Positions 48,992 to 56,752 of a stretch of DNA of 57,103 nucleotides are shown piece by piece. The DNA comes from a virus (lineage: Duplodnaviria > Caudoviricetes), in IMG/VR virus record IMGVR_UViG_3300005805_000105, positions 1-57,103 of that record; one strand, 5' to 3'. Below the pieces are notes generated by a model. That model did not search any database and was not told the origin of the DNA. It was given only the letters and a program-made list of their open reading frames with translations. The translations under genes were made by a program, and so were the position numbers. Every line of letters begins with the position of its first letter. The stretch's first letter is position 1.

Positions 48992-49066
48992 CTTCTATCC
49001 TCTGTCCTATAGCAATCCTTATGCTATCCTTGGAGAACAGTTGTCTTTTTGGTGTCGGGGTTCATC
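48953..49066 (-). ncRNA. Candidate GGA-rich (CsrB/RsmY/RsmZ-like) small RNA or attenuating leader
   Basis: TATAAT at 49071-49076, four AGGA motifs (one in the loop of ATAGCA-TAAGGAT-TGCTAT), then a terminator. Confidence 0.45.
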
Positions 49067-49114
49067 TTCTATTATATGATACCTACTTTCATATAGTTTG
49101 ACATAAGATTAAAA

Positions 49115-49699
49115 CTAAGACCACCAATGAGTCATATATTTAGACATAATACGAAATAGATCATCAATATCTTGCTGCATATCTGCCGAATCGGCCTCCA
49201 TGGCGATAATGAAATCTCTTCTTTCTTGCTCTTTTTCTTCTTGTGTCCAATGTTCTGAAGTCTTATTAACCATGGTAGATAATTTTAATCCACAATAGTC
49301 ATCTTCCACTGGTTCAAAAACATATTTTGGTTCACCGTATTTCTCATAATGTTTCTTAATATAATAGTCATAATGGTCTGCTGAATGAGAATGATAGTTA
49401 ATTTTATCACACAAATATACTGCTAATTTTAATGCTTTGAGAGACTTACCGTGTTCATGCCATTCATCATTTGTAAGATTATGTAGCATTCTCTTGAGTT
49501 TAAATCCAAGAACATCTAGAAAGAATGCATAATCCCAATCTTCATTTTTCCACGCAAGCTTGGCATACTGATATGATCTATGTATTTTTTCAAAGAAGTG
49601 TGCAATTCTATTGACACATCTTCTGTACCATCTAGGGCGGAATACTCTATCAACTACATCATTAAGCTCTTTAAGTCTTTTGCATGAATCCATGTCCAT
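49115..49699 (-). CDS. Hypothetical protein
   Basis: Intact ORF (EDWDY..L.FKL..M; C-terminal WW); start uncertain. Confidence 0.55.
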   Translation of the reverse strand: MDMDSCKRLKELNDVVDRVFRPRWYRRCVNRIAHFFEKIHRSYQYAKLAWKNEDWDYAFFLDVLGFKLKRMLHNLTNDEWHEHGKSLKALKLAVYLCDKINYHSHSADHYDYYIKKHYEKYGEPKYVFEPVEDDYCGLKLSTMVNKTSEHWTQEEKEQERRDFIIAMEADSADMQQDIDDLFRIMSKYMTHWWS

Positions 49700-49700
49700 A

Positions 49701-49892
49701 TTAATCATCTTCCTCGTCTTCATCGGGTTTCCAAAAACGACAGTAAAATCTATCACCTAGCTTATCAATCATAGACTGTGGGTATCCATTATCAACTAGC
49801 CACTTATTCATATCTGGATACTTATCCTGATCCCAAATCTTGGGAAATCCATATTGCCAGCCAGATGGCGGATCGCAGTACACTTTATTCAT
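49701..49892 (-). CDS. Small phage protein
   Basis: DPPSGWQYGFPK...WLVDNGYP. Confidence 0.6.
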   Translation of the reverse strand: MNKVYCDPPSGWQYGFPKIWDQDKYPDMNKWLVDNGYPQSMIDKLGDRFYCRFWKPDEDEEDD

Positions 49893-50259
49893 GTTCAAAC
49901 TCCAATAATTTTTGATGTAATATGTCTAGTGATATTTGTTTATCTTCGCTGAATGTCCTTGTATTTTTACTATGTGTCCTTTCCATATGGCAATTAGAAC
50001 ACATTACTTGGCATTTCTTTATCTCGTTAATCAGATCATCAATGCTAATATGTCTTGTATAAAGACGATACATTCCTCCAGCACAAGTACGCTTAGAACA
50101 TCCATTCTTTGTTATTTCTGTCTTTTCAAACTCTGGTAAATGGTCAAAGCATAATGCTGATGGGTGCTTATTATATCCACAGATACAGCAACCTACAGAT
50201 AATTTATATAAATCTACTTGTTCATGTCTAAATGCTATAATCTGTTTATTTGTTTTCAT
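49885..50259 (-). CDS. HNH-like endonuclease
   Basis: CCICGY..ALCFDH..EIKKCQVMCSNCH. Confidence 0.7.
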   Translation of the reverse strand: MKTNKQIIAFRHEQVDLYKLSVGCCICGYNKHPSALCFDHLPEFEKTEITKNGCSKRTCAGGMYRLYTRHISIDDLINEIKKCQVMCSNCHMERTHSKNTRTFSEDKQISLDILHQKLLEFEHE

Positions 50260-50263
50260 AGTT

Positions 50264-50797
50264 TTAGAATTTATGTGCCACAGTTTTGCAAAAATCTATG
50301 ACCTCTTCATCTGAAAATACATTCCTAGCATAATTAAAAATAAGAGCAACAAATCGTATATTGCCTTTAATATATCCTTTTGTATTATCTATTCTATCTA
50401 AAGATGCCTGATACGGCGCTTTGTCTTGTTTATAACTATGAGTTCTAAGAGTTAACTTGCGTCCTGTAATTGGGCATATACCCTTTTGCAACTCCCAAAG
50501 ATCTTTTAGGTATTGCAAATCAATATCATATGTTTGTTTTCTTTTTTTGGAATGCTGTATTACTACTTTAATATACCATCTAAAATCAGCATATCCGTCT
50601 GGCTGTCTAATGTATTTTGTGTCTGTAAAGTTGTGATGAAATTGTGATATATGCTTGATATTGTTTTTATTTTTACCATAACATTTTAAATTACAATAAA
50701 ATTGAGTTTGTCCTTTTTTTAGTTGTCTATTAATTTCTGATAATCTTTTAGTTACTTTTTGCCCACATGAAGCACATGTTATTATAGTAGATTTCAT
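50264..50797 (-). CDS. HNH-type homing endonuclease
   Basis: CASCG..YCNLKC; QKGICPITG..ASLDRIDNTKGYIKGNIRFV..N; ATG 50797 after AAGGAG. Confidence 0.8.
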   Translation of the reverse strand: MKSTIITCASCGQKVTKRLSEINRQLKKGQTQFYCNLKCYGKNKNNIKHISQFHHNFTDTKYIRQPDGYADFRWYIKVVIQHSKKRKQTYDIDLQYLKDLWELQKGICPITGRKLTLRTHSYKQDKAPYQASLDRIDNTKGYIKGNIRFVALIFNYARNVFSDEEVIDFCKTVAHKF

Positions 50798-50830
50798 AAT
50801 ATTCTCCTTTAATGTATTATACACTAAAAG

Positions 50831-50861
50831 TGGAGGTGGGCTGTTATAAATGGAGGTGGGC
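50831..50861. repeat. 11-nt direct repeat of the tmRNA 3' end
   Basis: tggaggtgggc at 50831-50841 and 50851-50861. Confidence 0.9.
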
Positions 50862-51203
50862 AGAGTCGAACTGCCGTCTTGCGATACTTCTAATTACATC
50901 TTCTACAAGTTTAGATTATTCATAATAATTCGGGCATGACTAAAGAATAAACAACATTCGCCAACCCTAGTGACACATCTTAGCCCGTTAACCGTCACCA
51001 CTAACGGGAGCCGAAGGATTTTACGACAATCTTTTGAACGCTACCTTCATCGCTTTCTAAGATTGTTGCTACCTTTTATTAAGCAGCAAGAGCTAACTGA
51101 TTTGCGCCAGTTAAAGCGTTTAATCGACTTTTAAAGTGGCCGGTCGATCAACCACTACTTGCTAATATAATCTTCCATATCCAATCGATACCTTTACACC
51201 CCC
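50851..51203 (-). ncRNA. ssrA: tmRNA, 353 nt; tag (A)GANQLALAA
   Basis: Acceptor GGGGGTG/CACCTCC-A with G3.U70; T-arm GGCAG-TTCGACT-CTGCC; TAACT then tag ORF 51108-51079 ending GCT GCT TAA; CCA not encoded. Confidence 0.93.
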
Positions 51204-51204
51204 G

Positions 51205-51546
51205 TTATTTTAAGAACTTATTCAAACCTCTCGCCCCGCCACCATATCCTTCTTTTCGTCCAGTTTGCTTGCCGTTCTTGAATATAATAAACGTCGGCAA
51301 TGTCTTTATATTATAGCCTTCTACCAAGTCTTTGTCAAGGTCATGGTCTAAAAAGACTACATCATAGCCTTTAATTGTCTCTGATAGCTCTTTATCATTA
51401 TCAATATCATGCTTAGCGACTTGACAGTATTTGCACCAAGGTGCAGTAAAAAATAGCAATGTTGGCTTACTATTGTCAAAAGCAAACGCACTAGCCGCCG
51501 ATATTAACCAAGATATAATTAAGACATTTAGAATGCTTTTAAACAT
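51205..51546 (-). CDS. Exported thioredoxin
   Basis: Signal peptide ending AFA; FTAPWCKYC; LPTF. Confidence 0.85.
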   Translation of the reverse strand: MFKSILNVLIISWLISAASAFAFDNSKPTLLFFTAPWCKYCQVAKHDIDNDKELSETIKGYDVVFLDHDLDKDLVEGYNIKTLPTFIIFKNGKQTGRKEGYGGGARGLNKFLK

Positions 51547-51596
51547 GGGCTATCTCCATATAGATTAGATATACTCATCCTTTAGTATATACACTG

Positions 51597-51637
51597 AAAA
51601 TAAAGCTGTGGGATTAGATTAGCTCCAACCCCACAGC
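51597..51637 (-). terminator. Intrinsic terminator
   Basis: 14-bp stem with GU pairs (GCTGTGGGGTTGGA/TCTAATCCCACAGC) followed by TTTATTTT. Confidence 0.75.
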
Positions 51638-51646
51638 CCCATGTTT

Positions 51647-51883
51647 TCAAATCAAAAAGTATTCAGTGTCAGGCTTTTTGCATTTTTTAATTACGGGCAA
51701 CTTTATTAACTTGTTAATTTTACCACGGTTATCACTATGCGTGGCTACTATATGTATTTTGCCATCACCATTTTCTCTGATATGCCATTGGTAATTTTTA
51801 ATAATATCTTCTGCCTTAGTTTCCATGTCGTAGATTTCGCCCTCAACATGAAACGTTATCAGTCTAGTAAAAAGCCTTGGCAT
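51647..51883 (-). CDS. Hypothetical protein
   Basis: Start MPRLF after GGAG. Confidence 0.5.
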   Translation of the reverse strand: MPRLFTRLITFHVEGEIYDMETKAEDIIKNYQWHIRENGDGKIHIVATHSDNRGKINKLIKLPVIKKCKKPDTEYFLI

Positions 51884-52115
51884 ATTCTTTCTCCTTTCCA
51901 ATCACCTGTTCTACAGTGTGGTCTTCCAAGAGACTAGGAAAGTGTCTAGCAATTTCTTGTTCTAGTGTCTCATATGGATATGAAAACTTTTCCTTATATA
52001 GATACTCTTTAGTGGTATCATAAAAGTCTACAGTATCCATATGTGAAACAATGGCGTCAACATATCTTTTAACAATGTATTCATGATTTTCGGAAGTGAT
52101 ATTAATGTGTTTCAT
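51864..52115 (-). CDS. Hypothetical protein, paralogue of 52112..52363
   Basis: RYVDAIVSHMD..EYLYKEK..EI..HFP. Confidence 0.6.
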   Translation of the reverse strand: MKHINITSENHEYIVKRYVDAIVSHMDTVDFYDTTKEYLYKEKFSYPYETLEQEIARHFPSLLEDHTVEQVIGKEKEYAKAFY

Positions 52116-52363
52116 GACTTTGCTCCTTGTATTAGAGTACATACTTGACCATCTTGCAGTAGTTCGTCTACTGATTCTGGAAACTCTTTCTTGATTTCAT
52201 TAAATAATCGCTTATGAGAATATTCGCTTTTTTCTTTTCTCAAATATTCTGCTAAAGCTTCTCGTATTTCCATGAAATCCATAGAAGCAATGATTGCTTT
52301 AATATATCTTTCCTCTATCTCTTCTCTATTAAAATCATTAATCGACTCAAATAAACAATTCAT
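52112..52363 (-). CDS. Hypothetical protein, paralogue of 51864..52115
   Basis: RYIKAIIASMD..EYLRKEK..EI..EFP. Confidence 0.6.
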   Translation of the reverse strand: MNCLFESINDFNREEIEERYIKAIIASMDFMEIREALAEYLRKEKSEYSHKRLFNEIKKEFPESVDELLQDGQVCTLIQGAKS

Positions 52364-52371
52364 AAATCACC

Positions 52372-52487
52372 CCATAGAACGAGTTATCGTCTATGGCTAT
52401 AGATTTCCGCCACTTTCGCAGCTGTATCTATCTCCAGTGACTTGTCAAAGCGTGTGCCACGTTGGCACCCACTATAATATTATAGTG
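52372..52487 (-). promoter_or_regulatory. Structured 5' leader with an 18-bp palindrome over the -10 box
   Basis: Three hairpins plus CACTATAATATTATAGTG. Confidence 0.5.
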
Positions 52488-52493
52488 TCACAA

Positions 52494-52751
52494 CTAAGCG
52501 TTAACAAAACTTTCTTCAGACTTTAATGCTCGACCAATAGCAACCATAATACCAATTCTCTTTACAAAATTATCTCTTTCGTGGCATCTGGCTTTGCCTA
52601 AAGCGGTATGCCCATGGTTGTCTGTAATTTCAACAGTAGTTGATCCACCACGCGGACTAATACTACCATCCTTGTTTTTAGTTCTATCATGGAAGACACG
52701 AATTTTATATCCCAACTGCTTAATATCTTCAACTGTTTTACAATGGAACAT
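52494..52751 (-). CDS. Hypothetical phage protein
   Basis: ARCHERDNFVKRIG..AIGRA; start MFHCK after GGGG. Confidence 0.55.
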   Translation of the reverse strand: MFHCKTVEDIKQLGYKIRVFHDRTKNKDGSISPRGGSTTVEITDNHGHTALGKARCHERDNFVKRIGIMVAIGRALKSEESFVNA

Positions 52752-52761
52752 ATATTCCCCC

Positions 52762-53037
52762 TTATTTATCTGAAATCCTAGTATTATGACGCATTCTTTC
52801 GTATTCTTCAAATGCTTTTATATCTTCACCAAAAATACGATTGAGCAAATTTTTAATACTATTTGTTTCTCTTTGTGATCTTTCGTTCAGCTTGGCCGCT
52901 ATTCCCATATTATTTGACCACACAAACAGAAACACACCAATAAGACCAAGCCAGCCTATTGAATAGTAAAGTATTACCATGGAGCATATACCAGTTAATG
53001 CTCCTATTACATTTGTTATCATATTAGCTTTTGACAT
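52762..53037 (-). CDS. Small membrane protein
   Basis: Two hydrophobic segments; GAGG RBS. Confidence 0.55.
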   Translation of the reverse strand: MSKANMITNVIGALTGICSMVILYYSIGWLGLIGVFLFVWSNNMGIAAKLNERSQRETNSIKNLLNRIFGEDIKAFEEYERMRHNTRISDK

Positions 53038-53044
53038 TTGTACC

Positions 53045-53374
53045 TCATATGTTTTCGTCTACTTTATATGACCATCCAAGTTCAAGTAAGTCTTTGGCAA
53101 TTTCTTGTGTGACACGGCTTTCCTCAACATATCCTTCTAGATTATTAGTAGCCATTCCAGAACAATACCAATCCATATAGCATCCCTCTCCTAGTATAGC
53201 AGCTACTATAGATCCAGAATGCCTCCATGAGCATGACCACTCTTGTCCATCTTTAAAAAATGTAGTATTGCACATGGCAGCATATAGATTCTGTGCATAA
53301 GACTTACTCTTCTTACACTTGTCTATAATATTTTTAGATTTCAGCAAATCGTCTTCTAGATTATAGTTTGACAT
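53045..53374 (-). CDS. Hypothetical phage protein
   Basis: YAQNLYAAMCN..WSCSWR..YMDWYCSG. Confidence 0.6.
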   Translation of the reverse strand: MSNYNLEDDLLKSKNIIDKCKKSKSYAQNLYAAMCNTTFFKDGQEWSCSWRHSGSIVAAILGEGCYMDWYCSGMATNNLEGYVEESRVTQEIAKDLLELGWSYKVDENI

Positions 53375-53495
53375 TATATACCTTTATTCTTGAACTTTAG
53401 TTCCAACGTCGTATGGATAACCATCTTCTGGATCATCGCTATAAACACCCTCATATTCATTATCCCACCATGGGATTTTACTATCTGGTAACTCG

Positions 53496-53765
53496 TCAGT
53501 CATATTCATCCTCCGTGTCGCCGCACCCATGTTCATATCCGTTATCATAGCCCACTTCATATCCGGCATCACTACCAATATTATAGCCTTCGTTCCAACA
53601 CTTTTCCATTAAATCTATCACATCGGGATTATGAAGCAGTTCATCAATATCATCATGTAGTGCTAATATTGTTTTCTTTTTAAGTGTTGATACAAAGAAA
53701 GCAAAAGTATCTGTCTTGTGTCTAATATTTGGTGCAGAGCATGTTATAGTTAGTGGTATAGCCAT
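53496..53765 (-). CDS. Hypothetical protein
   Basis: GYxxG repeats; GGAG RBS. Confidence 0.5.
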   Translation of the reverse strand: MAIPLTITCSAPNIRHKTDTFAFFVSTLKKKTILALHDDIDELLHNPDVIDLMEKCWNEGYNIGSDAGYEVGYDNGYEHGCGDTEDEYD

Positions 53766-53925
53766 TATTTCTCCTGAGTAAAGTACATTGAATTGAGCTT
53801 GTGCATTATATTAATATAAACCTGTACATTATACTGAGTCTCAATGCCTTCTGGCCCATTATCTATTTCTTTTATCTTGTCCTGTAATAGATCGTATAAT
53901 ATATCTAAATCTTTATTTGTTAGTT

Positions 53926-54258
53926 TCATTCTGCCTCCAGAAATGTTGCCGGATGTTCATCATATGGGTTGTAATCTTCATAGGTCATTTCCATTTCTTC
54001 TTTGTGCCATTGTACCACAGTCTCTAGGGCTTCGTCAAGAGATTTAAAATAATGTGTTCTTGAAGAACCTAAAACATATGAATATATAGATACTCCAGTG
54101 ATTTTACATTCACAATTCTTATCACTCCAATAATCCCCAAACTCTAAACTAATATGACCTTCCGCAGTTTTGCAATGACCATCGCTTAGTTCAAAATAAT
54201 GATCATATGCTTCTTTAAGAAGCTTACGAATTTTGATAAGCTTTTCTTTATTGGTCAT
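53926..54258 (-). CDS. Hypothetical protein
   Basis: Intact ORF; start uncertain. Confidence 0.5.
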   Translation of the reverse strand: MTNKEKLIKIRKLLKEAYDHYFELSDGHCKTAEGHISLEFGDYWSDKNCECKITGVSIYSYVLGSSRTHYFKSLDEALETVVQWHKEEMEMTYEDYNPYDEHPATFLEAE

Positions 54259-54766
54259 TTGATCTGGCTTTTTCTCTTGCTTCATATTCTTCCTGAGTCA
54301 AATACTTTCCTGTTTTCATGTCAAGACTTGAGAATGTTCCCATACCCATACAATATCCACAAACCACTTTTCCCATTTTCGGTCCAGCAGCACCATATTC
54401 TTGGAGCAAAATTTTATAGTGATCATTAACGCTTTCACAATAGTCATAATGCTCACCGTATGGTAGTTTAACACACTTTTTGCATCTGTCAACCTTCAGA
54501 TGCTTGTTAAGATATAATGCCATCTTAGCATCAAACATGATTTTATTAACGTCTTCTTCTTTTTCTCCAGTACCTTTACAATACAAGCATTTGATGAAGA
54601 TTTCTTTATGCTTCGCATTGTAGGATTGTAGTCTTTTGGCTTTTAAATAATCATATAGATTGTATTTATCCAATGGAGTTGGAATTATAAATATAGTAAT
54701 AGCTAGAATTATAGCTGAGATAACTATAATAGTATCAACATATTCTTTTTTAAGGAACATAATCAA
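54248..54766 (-). CDS. TM protein with DnaJ-type CxxCxGxG motifs
   Basis: N-terminal TM; CLYCKGTG and CGYCMGMG. Confidence 0.6.
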   Translation of the reverse strand: MIMFLKKEYVDTIIVISAIILAITIFIIPTPLDKYNLYDYLKAKRLQSYNAKHKEIFIKCLYCKGTGEKEEDVNKIMFDAKMALYLNKHLKVDRCKKCVKLPYGEHYDYCESVNDHYKILLQEYGAAGPKMGKVVCGYCMGMGTFSSLDMKTGKYLTQEEYEAREKARSNDQ

Positions 54767-55004
54767 AACACTCTACTTTCTTAATAAGCTTATTGTTTTC
54801 TACATATTTAATTGTGTCGATATAACTTTTTGCTTTATCAAACGATTCAAATCTTAATATACTTCGCAATGGAGGAAAATCAATAGGAACACCAACATAT
54901 GAGTATGAAGATAGGTAGCTCCAAAAAAACCACCCCTTCATCTTTATCTGATAATACTCGCCACCATTACCATTGGTAAATTTGCATATACTATATTTCG
55001 TCAT
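54750..55004 (-). CDS. Hypothetical protein
   Basis: GAGGAG RBS; intact ORF. Confidence 0.55.
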   Translation of the reverse strand: MTKYSICKFTNGNGGEYYQIKMKGWFFWSYLSSYSYVGVPIDFPPLRSILRFESFDKAKSYIDTIKYVENNKLIKKVECFDYVP

Positions 55005-55260
55005 TATCTAATCTCCTCTTTGAATTATAAATGCGATACTTTTGCAATGTCGCATAAATAGTAATACAAACAGCAATAGATTGAAGAATATGCCAAAAGT
55101 ACAGCTCAATAATTAAACCATTCATAAATTTCAAACCATCTCCAATTCTCTATTGATTTTCTATTAGATCTACTATGATAGTCATTATATTGAATCTTGA
55201 ATCCTCTCGGACCAAATTTATAGTGATAAGATCCAAACCTAACATTAAAATATAAATCGC

Positions 55261-55698
55261 TCATTCCATACCACCCATCAGCCACTTCTTAACATTAATA
55301 GGATGCTCATTACTAAACTGAGGAGTTGAACTAATGTAGCCAGCAGCAAGATTAATAACAACATTTTGTTTCTCTATCACTCTTTCCAAGTCTTTAATTC
55401 GTTGCAAATTATTAAGATCAGACTTAAATGCATTATTAAGTTTAATATCTTGTTCTTCAGTTTTCTTTTGTAAAGGGATTATTCTTGTTGTCCATAATTC
55501 ATCTATATCTTTTTTTCTTTGCTCTTCTGAGTTTGCTAGTTTTTCTTCTAAGTCTTTATAACTTTTATTAGGCGAATAAACTCTCGCTGTGCATTTATCA
55601 AATTCTTCTTTTTCTTTTTTTAGATTGATGATAATAGCAGATAATCTCATATTTTCTGCCAGTAATTGATCATATGTTAATATATTGTGTCCACTCAT
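55261..55698 (-). CDS. Coiled-coil hypothetical protein
   Basis: Heptad pattern. Confidence 0.55.
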   Translation of the reverse strand: MSGHNILTYDQLLAENMRLSAIIINLKKEKEEFDKCTARVYSPNKSYKDLEEKLANSEEQRKKDIDELWTTRIIPLQKKTEEQDIKLNNAFKSDLNNLQRIKDLERVIEKQNVVINLAAGYISSTPQFSNEHPINVKKWLMGGME

Positions 55699-56090
55699 AT
55701 AAATAACCTATCTGTAAGTAATTCTCTAACGGTTTCTGTGATATTAATTCCATTAACTATAATGGTATCTTTGTTTGGAAATCTTCCAGCTTCCCGATCA
55801 TACAACCACCAAATAGCAAACTCTTGATCTTTAGTCAACTTGATATCGCTAGGCATATTTTTATTCATGTCTAACAATAGTTGATTTAAGGTTTCTTTGC
55901 TGGCATAAATAGTTTGTTGAGGAGGTTCTTTTGTAGAAGTAGTATCTACTGCCATATTAAATGCTGATGCTGTGGGATAGGCCGAATACTTACCCCATCC
56001 CATGTTATCGTATAAGTCTTGCATACTCTCATCAAGAGTCTTAGGAGACATCCAATCAAATAAACTAAAGAAACCTTTTAGGAAACTCAT
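55695..56090 (-). CDS. Hypothetical protein
   Basis: ATGA-coupled ORF. Confidence 0.5.
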   Translation of the reverse strand: MSFLKGFFSLFDWMSPKTLDESMQDLYDNMGWGKYSAYPTASAFNMAVDTTSTKEPPQQTIYASKETLNQLLLDMNKNMPSDIKLTKDQEFAIWWLYDREAGRFPNKDTIIVNGINITETVRELLTDRLFI

Positions 56091-56299
56091 GACTGTACCT
56101 CTTCTGGTCTTAATACTTTTAGTTCTAACGCTGATGTTAATAGCAAATGTTTATTGTTTATGTTGCTATCTTTTTTCCAATCTATAATTTTTTGTTCAAT
56201 CCTATGATAAGTTTCAGCACTAAGTTTATCTACAGTAGAAAATACTAGCACATCATTGGGCCGTAAACTCATTACTGATATTTGTGGTAAATCATTCAT
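56087..56299 (-). CDS. Hypothetical protein
   Basis: Coupled ORF. Confidence 0.5.
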   Translation of the reverse strand: MNDLPQISVMSLRPNDVLVFSTVDKLSAETYHRIEQKIIDWKKDSNINNKHLLLTSALELKVLRPEEVQS

Positions 56300-56561
56300 T
56301 TGAAAGTATCCATAGTGTTGTTATAAATAAAAACGCTTCAATTATAGGATATAGTCCTATTAGGTAAGATTTAAAATAATAGCATAAGCCCCCACAAATC
56401 CAACAAACTAATGGAAAAGACATTATCATAAAACATACTAAATGCGCCCAAAAACTCTCCTGTGCTTGAGGACTGTCCATACTCATAGCCCCAACTATAA
56501 GACAAGGCATAAAACTGACTAATCCTAAAAGGATGTTGAGAAACGCTAGAGCATTTATCAT
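56292..56561 (-). CDS. Small multi-TM protein
   Basis: Three hydrophobic helices. Confidence 0.55.
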   Translation of the reverse strand: MINALAFLNILLGLVSFMPCLIVGAMSMDSPQAQESFWAHLVCFMIMSFPLVCWICGGLCYYFKSYLIGLYPIIEAFLFITTLWILSNE

Positions 56562-56752
56562 TTTGATCTTACTCCACTACCAGCGACTAATCCTGTTAGC
56601 CACAATGCTGCTAAATATGTCCACAGATTAGTTTGAATATTGGTGTGGAACAGAGTATTGATTGACCAGATACTAACAAAAGGAGACAAAAACAACAATA
56701 CTACTACCAGCAGAACTATTCCACCAAGAAGTCCATAATCACTATTTCTCAT
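56558..56752 (-). CDS. Small membrane protein
   Basis: IWSINTLF..TYLAALWL. Confidence 0.55.
   Translation of the reverse strand: MRNSDYGLLGGIVLLVVVLLFLSPFVSIWSINTLFHTNIQTNLWTYLAALWLTGLVAGSGVRSK

Noticed and set aside
50851-50880. tRNA gene suggested by a TTCGA T-loop
   Set aside because: It is the tRNA-like domain of the tmRNA; no separate tRNA was found
289-56187. All other plus-strand ORFs in the track
   Set aside because: Short, overlap motif-bearing minus-strand genes, and have no recognisable features
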